A DNA stretch of 61,620 bases, the filler included, from Platydemus manokwari (lineage: Eukaryota): assembly GCA_037951405.1 (NCBI GenBank). It is 5 parts of 5 records of this genome, joined end to end, with 100 filler letters (N's around TTAATTAATTAA, not from the genome) between each part and the next. Parts side by side here need not be neighbours in the genome. Positions count along the whole stretch, not along the records: positions 25,797 to 38,671 come from JBBMOY011932493.1; positions 38,772 to 51,015 come from JBBMOY010232227.1; 3 more parts are not named here. One strand, given 5' to 3'. Position 1 is the first letter of the stretch, and each line of letters opens with the position of its first letter. Made by a program: the position numbers and the translations under genes. This document shows, one piece after another, positions 37,950-51,115 of the stretch. The notes under the pieces were generated by a model. That model made no database searches. It had not been told where the DNA came from and worked only from the letters and a program-made list of their open reading frames with translations.

Positions 37950-38607
37950 TCAAATTTTGGAATATTTTTTCAGAGCCTCCTCGATTTTTCTGATTTGAAT
38001 TTGTTTCTCTCTCAAAGTTTTCGTGGTTGCACCTTGATAATTTAATCAATTTTATTCGATTAATTAAATATATTTACTCTTGCTATTGTTTACATTCAAT
38101 TTACATTTATCGTTGGTTTTCTTTTCGATCTGAAGTTTCTTTGATTTCTCGAGAACTTGTGAGATTTTCTCCTGAATCAATATCGTCACCAAATATCGAT
38201 TTGCTTTTGGTTCTTACTTTATCAATGATACCTGCTTCATTTTGAAGTTCCTGGGAGATAATATTTTCATCGTATTCATAAGTTAACTCAATGTCATTCA
38301 CAGTTTTGGGTATTGACCATTTTGCTAACAGTGTTGTGTTTGAAATTTTCAATTTGTTTATCCTAACAAATTATGACAAAAATTGTAAAGTGAATCAATC
38401 TCACATTTCAATTGCTTTAGAAGCGTCATTTTTGTCATCATATGACACGAAACAATAACCTAACGATCGACCCTTGTCCTTGCCTTGTTTATGAACTGGA
38501 AAATTAAAGGTTTTTATCTTTCCATATTGAGTCAATATTTTAATAAGAAAAAATTCCGTAATATTTGTTGGTAATCGAGTTATAAAAATATTATTAGTTT
38601 GATTCAT
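37950..38607 (-). CDS. RBM18: RNA-binding motif protein 18-like (single RRM); exon 1 38607-38405, several short introns, last exon 38032-37950
   Basis: NIFITRLPTNITEFFLIKILTQYGKIKTFNFPVHKQGKDKGRSLGYCFVSY..LLAKWS carries the RBM18-type FxFxxHKxGxxxG..GYCFV insertion. The C-terminal QIRKIEEALKK resembles RBM18 KIKAIEAKLK. Frame is restored by 42-, 46- and 72-nt GT-AG introns, plus a probable in-frame 51-nt intron. Confidence 0.8.
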
Positions 38608-38671
38608 AAACTAATATGATATTATTTAAACAAATCGAAAAAATTTCGTATTCTAAAATCTAAAATTAATT

Positions 38672-38771
38672 NNNNNNNNNNNNNNNNNNNNNNNNNNNNN
38701 NNNNNNNNNNNNNNNTTAATTAATTAANNNNNNNNNNNNNNNNNNNNNNNNNNNNNNNNNNNNNNNNNNNN
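38672..38771. other. Artificial contig-joining spacer
   Basis: N44-TTAATTAATTAA-N44. Confidence 0.97.
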
Positions 38772-39244
38772 CATATTATGGCCGATAAAAAAATTATTTT
38801 AAAATAAACATCGCTTGATAAAATAGCAGAAATTTATAAAATTTAAACCAATCGTTGATTAAATATAATTGATATATAATTGATATTTAATTTTCGCCCT
38901 ATTCATATAACTGGTTGCGGTTACGCAATATTTTATGTTCATACTTAATTCATGCAATATTTTAACTTATTTCTTCATTGATTTTTTAAGTAAGTCTCAA
39001 ATTTTGAATCACTTAAGTCCTTGATAATTGAAATATTTTCTAGTTATTACCGATGTTGACCCACTTGAGTATCCATTGGAGATCAATGTAGGTCACGTGA
39101 TTGATATAAGGAAATCTTAGATAATTTAAGAATCTAGACTAGAAAAAGACTGGCAACCACATCAGTGAAATATATTAAAGAAATCGTCATAACTAATAAA
39201 TCTAATGAATAAAGAGTCCTAATATTGAATTGCCTCACTGCACA

Positions 39245-39940
39245 AAAATGTCTGTCTAGTATCGAACAAATTTCATGAGAATCATCTCATTTTAATATCA
39301 GCATTTGACATCTAAAGGCGATTTCCATTCTAATTTCTATCAAACACCGCTGATTGTTGAATATCTGCAAGTTCGAAAATCATGTCGATTATAGATTTGT
39401 TTTATTGTGAATGTCTCTTCAAACCACGATTTAGTCGATTCTTCAATGGTGTTATCCGATTTGAAATATTTCCACAAAAAACCTACCTCGTCTGAAAGCA
39501 GTAAATCGAATGCGCTATCAAGATTTAAACTATTCATCAATAGCCACTCCTCTGTATCTCTTATCCATCGAATTTTCTGATATTGAAATTTAGTGCACCA
39601 TGTGCAGTAATTGCTTCTTCTGTTGATTCTTTGTTATTGAATTTATTTAAATGACCTGGTCGCCAGTTACGTCATTAGTATTCACAATCAATATTAATTT
39701 AAAAAGCTGCACTTTACCGCGAATCACTCATTTAAACAAATGTAACATGTTTGTTTATTTTACCACGCCAATGCCTCATTCCACAGAAATGTAATCATGG
39801 CCTTAATTTAACATCTGTCTGGTATCTAACGAATCTCATGAGAAATATTTATTGTTATACAACATCTCATTTTAATATCAGCATTTTACATTTTTTTTAT
39901 TTTCGACGCCATCTACAGATGATTTCCATTTTAATTTCCA
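39245..39940. repeat. Imperfect ~95-130 bp direct repeat (39245-39340 and 39810-39940)
   Basis: Shared TCTGTCT.GTATC.AAC.AAT.TCATGAGAA, CATCTCATTTTAATATCAGCATTT and GATTTCCATT.TAATTTC. Confidence 0.6.
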
Positions 39941-40286
39941 GTAAACTCTTTTGAAATTACAACAATCAATAGTAGAACACGTTATTCAATGATGATTTGT
40001 GGCAATATGATTCATAATTAAATTAATCAAAGTTCTGTTGTTTTTTTTGAAAGGGTTGAAGTTTTAACGGAATCAAATAAATCAAATATGGGTTTTGAAA
40101 TAAATATCGCCAATAACGAGTTAACTTGAATATAATTGGCATTATTATTATATTATATTTTGATTCTAGAATTGACACTATAATTGATTATAAGCTAATC
40201 AAAATGTAGAAGAAATAAAATAACCCTTCATATATTATAACTGATAAGTATTGTAATGATCGATTATTCGTGAAAAATTTGTGAAA

Positions 40287-40364
<78 letters not shown>
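40287..40364. repeat. (AAT)26 microsatellite
   Basis: Perfect AAT run. It explains the poly-Ile ORF 40188-40376. Confidence 0.95.
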
Positions 40365-40366
<2 letters not shown>

Positions 40367-40391
40367 ATTGAATCATAATCGAATCATTTAG

Positions 40392-42143
40392 CCAAAGAAC
40401 AATGGATGTACCAACAAAAATACGAATTTTAATTCCGAATTATCGCCACTGGAAGAGGTTGAATATGCATCAGTATATGACGAAGTTGAGGTAAATCTAA
40501 TCGTTATCAGAGCAATTAAAATTTTAATTTAAAAATTAATATATTGATATAGAATAAAGAAAAGAGATTGATTCAATTAGATAAAGATTCGGGAATCGGT
40601 AGAAATACAGATGAAGCAGCAAAGACCGAAGATAGTAGTGAATGTGACTCCAATCAGACATCTCTCAGAAAATCCGGTCAATACCAATTAATAGAGAACG
40701 CCTGCCTGCGTACAGACCCTGCTCAGATAGCTCAACTCATGCAACATCTTGCAATTGAGTATCAACAGCTACAAAAACTGTTACATGGTTCTTCAGATTT
40801 GCCTATTCCTAGAATTCAGCCTTTACCCCCGCCTACACTCTTTCAACAATCTTCCAGAATTGTGCCTAGAATGGGAACTAAGTTAGAACCACCACAAACT
40901 AAATCAGTGAATGGTCCAACAGTAGGTATGATTTCCAATTTCGAATATTTAATTATTTTGAGTATATTGAAAACATTATTATTATTAATAAAAATAATAA
41001 TTATTATAACTATTATTATTATATTTATTATCATAGTGATAACAAATAATATTAATAAAATTATAGCAAGTGGCAGCAATACAAGTGCCTATAGCACTGG
41101 TGCAGATAGCACTCGCAGTTCTCCTCTCACAATGGAGCTAGGCCCATGTTACAATGCTTCCCTTCTTTCTCTCAAGATCGATCCCCTCACATATAACGCC
41201 AAATTCGTCGATGACAATTATAACATGTCATCCTATCGTTTCAAGCTCAATTTATCCTCCAATTCCGATCAGAAAAGCACAAGCAGTTCTTCCACTAGCA
41301 ATCAACAAGACTCACGCATGACATCAAGCACCATCATACACCAGTACGTATCAGGTACTCCCTGTATTCCTCAACATCAATCAAATGATTCTGAATGTCA
41401 TTATTACGATGTCTACGATCCGCTCACTAAATCCATGAGCGAACTATCAAAGCCAACATCGAGAAGCAGTTCCCAAACTGAACACAGCACCGGCTCAGAA
41501 GATCATGAATACATTAATGCTCAATTGATCAAATGCGATAAATTAGATAATAAAATGGAATGGGTTGTCAAAAAGAGACCCGATGGAACCAGATATATCA
41601 CCAGACGACCTGTCAGGTAAAAGATCGTAAATTAATAAATTAAATCATCCGAATAAATCGTCCAAATTGAAAAATATTTGTGAATAGTAATCGATACAAT
41701 CGGTCAGGATCTCTTCTGGCTTATTGCCTTTATCAATAGAAAATCGATAAAAAAATAATGATTGATGTGTGTAACACGAACTAAACAATCTAGTAGAAGA
41801 TATTTGTTCATTGATTTTTATGTTCAGGAACAAGTTACTCAAGGAGAGAGAAAGAAAATTGAACGAAGAAAGAAACTACACAACAGAGGAGGAAGATATG
41901 AATGCTGATTTCCTGATCAATCGATACTGGACAAAAGCTGACAGACGGAAACATTATGATAAAGTCAAAGATAAAAAGCACAAGCGTAAATCCAATCCGC
42001 CTTTGCAACAGACTGATGCAACACCGAAAAATGAATTCCAACCACCGATCAATCGATCGAATTTCAAAGATGTTCCCAATAGGAATGTTAACAATCGAAA
42101 TTGCGATATCGCTGCCTTTTTTGTTGGATCAACTATGTTTTGA
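40392..42143 (+). CDS. PDZRN3/PDZRN4/PDZD4 (Drosophila Slip1) family protein, 5'-partial; exons 40392-40490, 40553-40925, 41067-41616, 41828-42143
   Basis: Family motifs DKDSGIGRNTDE, TSAYSTG..RSSPLTMEL and MEWVVKKRPDGTRYITRRPVR|NKLLKERERKLNEER..TT..RYWTKADRRKH. Ends STMF (PDZ-ligand-like). The PDZ/RING exons were not found in this contig. Confidence 0.85.
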
Positions 42144-45100
42144 TAGAAGAAAATGATGTGTACAGTTGATGAAACTACTTGCTTTGTTGCATGTTGTTAG
42201 ACTCGAGCTGTGCAATCATGGAATTATATCTTCTCACATGATAATTGTCAATTTTATTATCAAATTGGAAACATATAAATTCTATTATGTGTTTATATAA
42301 GCGTATATGTATACAGACATATAATATAGATATTGGATAATTAATAGTTGGTATCGATTTGTCGTTGAGTTTTCTAGAAATTCTTCTCATAACCATCTTA
42401 TAAAATGATTGATTTTAATCTGATAAAATACAAGCCTCAATCTAACATTTATACGGTAGCAGCAATGCTCAAGAAACTTGTAGCAACAATTTTTGATATT
42501 AAAATCCAACTAATATTGCTAGGAGAAGACCGGTGACGACATAGCACAACTTTAAGCAAACCCTATGGGAAAATGTTTTCATTTTTTTCCTCATGTACCA
42601 CCTCTGAAATTTTTGAACGCACTTAACATTACAAATACATTGTGAGCGTACAAATAAATCGATTGTATTTTTAAGAAATATATTTCATGAAAACGTTTTG
42701 GAACAACATGAATTAAAGTGCAAGAAAAATAAATATAAATAAACCAATGAATAATCAAAAAATAATTCAGGAAAATAATATACACGAGCTATTCAAAATG
42801 TCGACATTGCATACATTAAATGCAGGAGAGCTCTGAATAATTGACCACGTGTGATTAAATCATGCAAACATGTGAAAAATGGGTTATAAATATTATTATT
42901 ATTATTGTTATTATCAGTTGTTTTAATTTCAGTATTCATGTAAATTACAACGTAAAATGCACCTGATAAACATTTCTAATCCCCAAATTGCAGTAATGAG
43001 AAAAATGTTACAGTGAAATTAGGCATAAAAATCACTGATATAATAAATGCAACAAACTATGAGAATGAAAATAAAATAAATCAATGACTTGTAATTTTCA
43101 AGCAATATCTTATTGATTTGAATTAATAATTCTAAATGTTACAACAGAAATCATTTATCATATCGTTATATTTTTGTTATATCGCTGATAGATTGGTTGA
43201 AGTTTTGAAATGATTTTATCTATGACTGGAGGTAATGTCCACATTTATTGGACAGCAGAATTTGTATAAAGTTAATATTAATAAAATGACAATGTGAATT
43301 AAATGATGATTCAAGTCTCAGATATCAAATAGAATTAAGAAATGATGAATATTGAATGCAGGTGTATTGGTTGCAATTATCTGTGGTTATCTATTATCCG
43401 GAGTTCTCTCGTTATAAAATTGGAGATCACTGAAGACTGCTCGAACCTTAAAGACAGTAATGATTTTATGAGTTCAGGATTTAATTTTTCGTTTGGCCTG
43501 TTTATTGTTGAAAAACGATTGCAATAAATAAATTTCAGATTAAATTTCTATCGGATTTATGAACCATTATAATTGTATAGCACGATCAACTTGAAATTGT
43601 GGTAATTTTTAAAAAAAAAACAAAAATTATTACAAAGAGTAATGGACTCTTGCAGACATGATAAATGAGTAAATTTTCAAAATAAGTTTTATCTGGTTGA
43701 CTCTGTAACAATGTCTTGAAATCATTCGTTACAACTTGAAATATTTTTAAATTCTCCAGAATAAACTATGACTTCCTGTTTGCTTACTCGGCTTTATTTA
43801 TACAAGTGTAGCACGTGTATTTTGAATTCTTATTTCTGACGTTATACCGTTAATCTTATCAATAATTAATTCCAACGAGGTCACGTGTTTTACAAACTGT
43901 TTGAAATTGCAAATTTATGAGGCTGCAAAATTGAATTTGTAATACACAAAAAATTTATTGAATTCTAACGGAAGAATTTTCATGTTGTGAGAAGAGTTTT
44001 TAATGAATATCTTTTATGAATCGATGGATTCTAATTAAAATCTAAGTATATCGAAAATCTTAATTTACTATTTTGGATGAGGATTTAAAGAGTGAGATTT
44101 TGTTCCACACAATGTGAAGACAACAAATCATTTTTTCCTAAGCAACTGCATTCTAAAAAATTTTCCATTTTAAGAAATTAAGTTTGCCGACAACAAGCAA
44201 TAAATGTAGTTTTCAGTGCGATTTAAACTATAATTTTAAACTGTGATTGAGAGTAAATATTGAGTAACGAAATTGTATTCCAGACTAGAATCCATCATAC
44301 TAAAATGATTAACTAATATTTTTATTAAGGATATAATTCAATATTTAATAATCGATAAATTGAATAATTACTGTCTCATAAATAAATATTAAAATACTTT
44401 TATACTCATTCTGTTTTCGCTAGTTATTAATTTTGACCCAAGCAAATATTGAAGCAATGAGTCAAATAAGGTGAACTATTCAATCAGTGCCGATAAAAAT
44501 TATTTATTATTTATTCTAATGATTTATATCAATAACGAAAATTATAATAGGTTTTCCTTAACGCGGTATGCATTGTTTATTCCAAGCAAAATTTTCACAA
44601 CATCAACCAGTCTAATCTAATAAGCTATTCGGCAAAAGTTTCAATTGAAAGGATAACTGTTTATATTTATTTTGAAATAAATTTCCAGTACAGGAAGCAG
44701 ATATTCTGATGAATTACTGTATTTGTAAGCTGTTTATTGTTTTGGAAATGATGTTGATGGTTGTTAACTTCTGATGAAATCTCTATTAAAATGATCTCAT
44801 TAGGATTGATTCACTTGTCTTGTCTACTGTGACTCATTTGTATTTAAATCATCAGTTCATTTTTTGGTTATATTTGTAGTTAATGCTGTATTTGTTGTAA
44901 TTGGATTTTTGTTCCATCTCAGTACGTCATTTACACACATCACGACTACTTGTAACAAAACACATGTAATCGTATGCATTCGTTCTCAGGGTTTTAATAA
45001 AATACTATTCTTAAATCTTTACATTTATTTCATGGGGTCCTTCTCTCACCGCATGAGTCTTCTAACGGTCCAATGATCGATTTTGAATAACTTCTTCAAC

Positions 45101-45639
45101 ATTATAGCGAAATTTACTTTTTCAGCTTTTTCTTAATTTCGCATTCACTTCACGGAATCTATATTGATGATACTCGTGATCCTTTGTATGATATCTGGAG
45201 TTGTACGTTTCCTGCATACTTTAGGCATTTTAGTTGCTGGTACATATCATCAGTATTGCTATCATTTAGATTCTATACATTGAAGTTCCCTATTTGTCTA
45301 GTCGTTCGCTCTTTACACAATCCATGATTCTTAACGATAACTGTGAATATTATTATAAGTATTACTAAGTTGTTACCTACATTTTAGCCTCTGAATCCGC
45401 AAGTGATCGATAGATTTACATTCTATGAATTTTGTGAACAATCAATATAAAAAATGGAATATTGATAAGACAAATATGTTTAAGCGAAAAATCAATATTG
45501 AAGACGGAATAAAGAAAATGGACGTTATAAAAGTTATAAAAAGAGAATATTGGAAAACAAAATTTCAGCAACATTTTTCAAAACGAATAAACAAATTAAA
45601 CTCTTTAACAAAAATTAATTCATTTCTTTATATCATGAG

Positions 45640-46260
45640 GTTTTGTATGATCCCACAAGATATGATCATTCGATGGTCTCCACATAATTTAGTACATAAC
45701 GATTATTTTCAGTTTTTAGAACACTCGAAAACAATCCACTGGCACCCATTTAGGAGCTTGTAGATCAGGTGATTGTATTAATAAGAAAATGTTCAATGTG
45801 TTTGTGACACACAAATATATTTTGAATGAATTACGATTTTATTAATTTATTATTAATAATGCATCTTTTTGTTAATACAAAATTTACACTACAGCTCTGT
45901 CCAAACTACTACGAATGTGTACATTTGAGTTTAATTTCCCAAATCCACTGCAGAAAACACAACTCTTTGGAAAACATAAACATAACACGGGAGTAAAAAA
46001 TTATGTGAAATAGCCATGCGACTCTTTAACATAGTAATAAACCCACTGTTCATGAAAATGAACAGAGACATTACAAGAGGACTTCTTTTAGAAAACCATA
46101 AAACCATACGCATTGCTTAGCCCAACGACATCACTGAAGTTGCAGTAGATCCAATAGGATTAAAACATGATCTATAATGCAAGCACATCAGCAAAAAACT
46201 AGGTATCTAGTTGAAACCATCTAAATGTTGCTATTTGCGTGTTCGGATCACCCAACCAAG
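45640..46260 (-). pseudogene. Decayed Gypsy-like integrase remnant
   Basis: Across frames: GFN..YLV, PIGSTAT, YGFLKEV, FMNSGF..AISHNFLLPCY, then APKW (GPY/F-like region). Many disruptions. Confidence 0.35.
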
Positions 46261-49200
46261 TTTTTTTAATAATACAACAGCTCAGTAACATAACATGCCT
46301 ACACAATAATACAATGTAAACCCGATCTTATCATAAGTAAGCCCTTAACTAAATCTCTTGACTGTAGACGTGAGTAAGCTTAATTCAAAGCCGAAAACAA
46401 TTCCTATTCAAACCAACCCAGTATATAGTCGAGTATCAAACATTGAATAACAATAATTGATTATTGGTAATTATTTATTGAACTGATTTTAAACAATAAA
46501 CAAGTTTCAGACAGTTATTTAGCGTTATTTTTATCGAATTGATTTTAATAGTGAACAATTATTTATTGAATTATTGTTATTGTTAAATTATTATAATTGA
46601 TTTATTAGTTTTAACAAATTAATCGATTATTGATTGCTGTAAAAGTGGGAGGTCGTGAAAATATTTCGACAGAATAAAAAATAATAAAGTAATAATTAAA
46701 GAAAAGAAAAGATATGGATTACAAAATTAATAAGTAATTTATGTGCGAAAAATCATCATGAAAACATTCAAAGAATGCATAATATTATAAGCCACCCACT
46801 GAACGGGCGATAGTCGATCAGAATTTCATGCTGCCACCTATCACAAAAACCGTATTAACACTACCAATTATCACAAAGCCGCAGTCAAAGAAAGCACTTT
46901 AATATTATACTTATCGGTATACACTTAATTCTAAGCATCATTTCGATCGATTGATAGTCAATATTCGATATTCGGATTATTATCTGGAATTCATTATTTT
47001 TCTAACAAAAAATATAGATAATATGTTGACCTTTTAGGATCTATCTATATATATATTATTTTTAATAGTTTAGCATCATAGTGTTGTAAAACAGTGAAAT
47101 AAGATATTTATTAAATTGTGTTTGAATTTAGAATTGTTACAGAATTGCAACCAGTCTTTTCATTAATCAATAATTCATTAAAGTTAAGGACAATCAATAT
47201 TTAGATTTAAAACCAATATCAGATTAACTTTAAACTGCCTTTAGATTAATTCAGTTTTGAACATTCCCGATAACGTATTCATCAACACCCGTTTTCGAAG
47301 TCCCATGTGAATCAGTAGAGAAAGTTAAAGCTAATCAATAAACTAGTCAGTCAATCTATCATTCTGATAACAACAACAATAATAAAAATAAAATCCAATT
47401 AATTTAATGTGGAACAACTATGCTCGAAACAAACAAAAGAAAAATAGAACACCATAAAATCATAAAAATACAAAGAAATTAATATTGAGCAAACTTGGAA
47501 TAAATAGTCTATGCATATATAGCTTAAATGGGAAAAAAAACTCCATGCTTATAACACATTCATACGCAATAAAGCACTATATTACAAATACAAAGAAAGA
47601 CAAAATAAAAAAATGAATACGAAAATATATGGTAAAGAAAGTACTTGGAATAAACAACTTAAATTAGACTTCACATGACATTGAATATGAGGAATGCTCA
47701 GCATAATAGCAGACTGTGCCATTCATCATTTGGCTCGGCAAGATAACAAATAAGCATAAAAAGATCAAAAATATTTGTCCAAAGAAAAGCTCCACAATCA
47801 TATAAAGCCACCTACTGAAGGATGACGTTGTGAGGAAAAATAAGAGAAGCTGTCCAGTATAGAATCAAGGAGCACAATATGACTTATAATTTCCGCTTTA
47901 TCAACAATGAAATAAGATTAAGAGTTGCTTAAACATATAAACTCACGAAAAACTCCTTCAAAGAAATGCTCTATTAAGCCTTAAGCAGATAAAATAACTT
48001 CTAAGACTAAAGTAAGTGCTTTTCAGTGGTAAATCAAAAATATCAAATCAGAAGTGGCAGATACTAGCATTAATAAGATTAATGTTGCAAAAGGGGTGTC
48101 CACTGGTGGCTATTCTAAATAAGAGATTCATTTCATTCATAAAGAATGACCATAATTACTCCACATATTGAACAAAAATATGTCACATAAGGTCAAATTT
48201 TAGGCCTACGTATTAACAAGCTATAATTTGCCTCTTTCATACTATATGAGCACTTCCGAATAATGCAAATACTAGAAAGTGAGATACGCAGACACATAAA
48301 ATACATAGTTCATTCAGAAAAGGAATGCCAATACGTAAAATCTATACCAAGATAGAAAATAAAAAGAAAATTACCATCCTACTAGTTGATATTAAATTAT
48401 CGGTGGATTAACCAATACTTCTTGAAAACACTAATTACAATAACGTGAAAATATATTTATGGGATTCGATGATGTCTGTGATATAATTTATTAGCTTTGC
48501 GGGTTGATATATGGTTAGATAATTCTACCAATATTTGCCTCTTCACAGTGCCTAAGCTTAGGTTGCGTATATTAAATCAAATTATATTTAAATAAAAGTG
48601 AAGATGAACAACAATAAACTTTATTTTAATGACATTGACATGGTAGGATTATAAAAACTGTTAGAATTGCAACGTATTTTTCATTGTGACGCTCACGTGC
48701 CCAGGAGGGTTGAAAAATAAGTGTAAAAATTTTGTGTGAAAATTTAGCATTATAATATTATTTTTTTATATTATTGTATCATTATTGTTATATCATGATA
48801 TATATTATTGTTGTTATCACAATATTGATATCGAAATTATTTTGATGTTTTAATTTTGAAGTCTGATTGATTTTCTCAGGATTTGTTATTTCGTTAAATA
48901 TTCGATTGTAGATTTATTAAGTGTTTTTCTTAGTTCATGTTTTCAACAAATTCTGTTGTTCAAATTTCAGCTCAAATTTTCAAGAGTTAAGTTTTTTATT
49001 GTTAGTTTTTAAAAGTTTTAGTTTTTTCAACATTCCTGTTGTTATTTTTCAAGAATTCTGTGGTTTAGATTCCATACATGACTAAATTTAAATGATTGTA
49101 ATTCTTCCGTGTTAGGGATGTGTTGTATTGATTGCTGATGAGTTTATATTGATGATTGCAGGTGTTGGTTGGATATTTTCCTTACAGTATGAAATATTAT

Positions 49201-51015
49201 GGATTGTTAGATCCGACTGAACAGTTGAGCTAAGTACTTTTATCGAATGAGTAATGAGATGATGACTAATCCAATTCTGAACAAGATTCAATATGAAAAA
49301 GCAATATAATACAAGAGCCTTACGTATATTGATATAAAATTATGACAATACCACCATGGGCAAAAAGATTAAAAGAAAAAGGTGACCTTTAAAGAAGAAA
49401 AAAATAAATGCCATTAATACCTAATAACTGTGATAGAGTCTACCGAATCCCAGGTCTCTCTTTATGTATTATTCAGCATCTTGTAATAACTACTCTAATT
49501 CTAACTAATTGTTTTTTCGGTCATTTTTCTCTTATTGTAGTACTTCTAGTCATTATTGCTCTAAGAAACGTTGATCCTTGTCTGTTAAGTAGTAGTTTTC
49601 CTTTCTACCATTCTGTTTCTTAGATATCATTTTATTGATGATCATTCCCTCCGTTCTTAAATAGTAGCCATTTTATGAATAATTACTTGTTTTTCTGCTC
49701 TTTGACTTTCTTTTAATTCTATTAATTGTCTTCGTCTGTTTTTCCACAATTTGCTCCTGTCTTTGGTCTCTGTATTGGTCTTCACCAGATTTTAACATAC
49801 TAATTTTTCCATTTGATCAAATCATCAGTAAATAATTTTATTTAATGGGCAGTTTTTAACAAATAATTGTAATTTATTTTCATCATTGAATTTATTTATA
49901 TATTATTATTATTCTACAAATTTCGGTTTATTATTAAATAATTAAATGAAATAGGAACATTTATCCTTATTAAATATTTATAAAAATTGAATTTAAAACC
50001 ATCATAAATTTTTTGACAACTGATAAAACAATTAAGAATTTTATTATTTACACTATTATTACTTGTATACAATTGCATTTTTCCTTTAATTATCATGTGT
50101 TTATTTCCACCACACAGGGATTATCCTTGCAGTATTTTTTATACAAATTATATCCGAAAATTATTATTATTGTGATGGTTAAGCTAGAGATAGTTACTCT
50201 TATTAATATTGTACTCAGGGCGACCTCACTTGATGGAATTCAATTAGGTGACGAGTTCAGATTTAAATCAACAATTAAAGCATTAAATAGTAATATTTAC
50301 TTCAAAACTGATAATTGATGTTTCCACCAAGTATCCAATTCCTGACAGATAATTAGGTGCATGCTACAATTTAATAAATAACAAATAAAGATAAAATAGT
50401 TTTATTAATGATAATAACAATATCCAACGATGAGTTTAATAGAAACCGTATTTTGAATTAGAGAGTTCGGCGGAGTGTCTAATTGGCTCCCTACACCATT
50501 ATGCAAACTAGGAAGATTTTAATTTAAGCTTCGACAAATTCTGTTTAGACTTTGCGGAATTGTACAATTAATTATTTTCAACTAATCGCTTATAGGAGAT
50601 TGATGAAACACATTTAATAATTTTCAAAAGAGTAATTACCTTTGTAAATCCGAAGTAATGAACCAAACGAAAATAGTAATATGAAAATTATGAGCTACTT
50701 GCGAATATGTACATTCCAAATTTAGCTGTGGATAGGCAAATTCCAATTGATTCCGATGCGAATACAATGATATACGATAAATTTGAATATAGGCGAATGT
50801 GTTCATTTAAACTTTGTGTCAAAATTATTGTGCATCTGACAATGAAATATATTAGTCTATGTATTATTTTGATTTGTGAGTGTTCGTGGGTGTTAGTAGT
50901 CATTAATCATTTATTATAATGCTTTCTACGTTACCATGGTGATCTTAAATTACTAAAGTTCCTCCTACCGTTTATTTGGCATTGTGCATTAATCATATAT
51001 GCATGTTTAACTTAT

Positions 51016-51115
51016 NNNNNNNNNNNNNNNNNNNNNNNNNNNNNNNNNNNNNNNNNNNNTTAATTAATTAANNNNNNNNNNNNNNNNNNNNNNNNNNNNN
51101 NNNNNNNNNNNNNNN
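51016..51115. other. Artificial contig-joining spacer
   Basis: N44-TTAATTAATTAA-N44. Confidence 0.97.

Noticed and set aside
39340-39540. ORF with LLSDE resembling a Tc1 DDE first-Asp motif
   Set aside because: No further transposase motifs or TIRs were found.
40188-40376. Poly-Ile ORF
   Set aside because: Translation of the (AAT)26 microsatellite.
46740-48560. Possible gag zinc-knuckle and pol remnants
   Set aside because: Too degraded to support with specific motifs.
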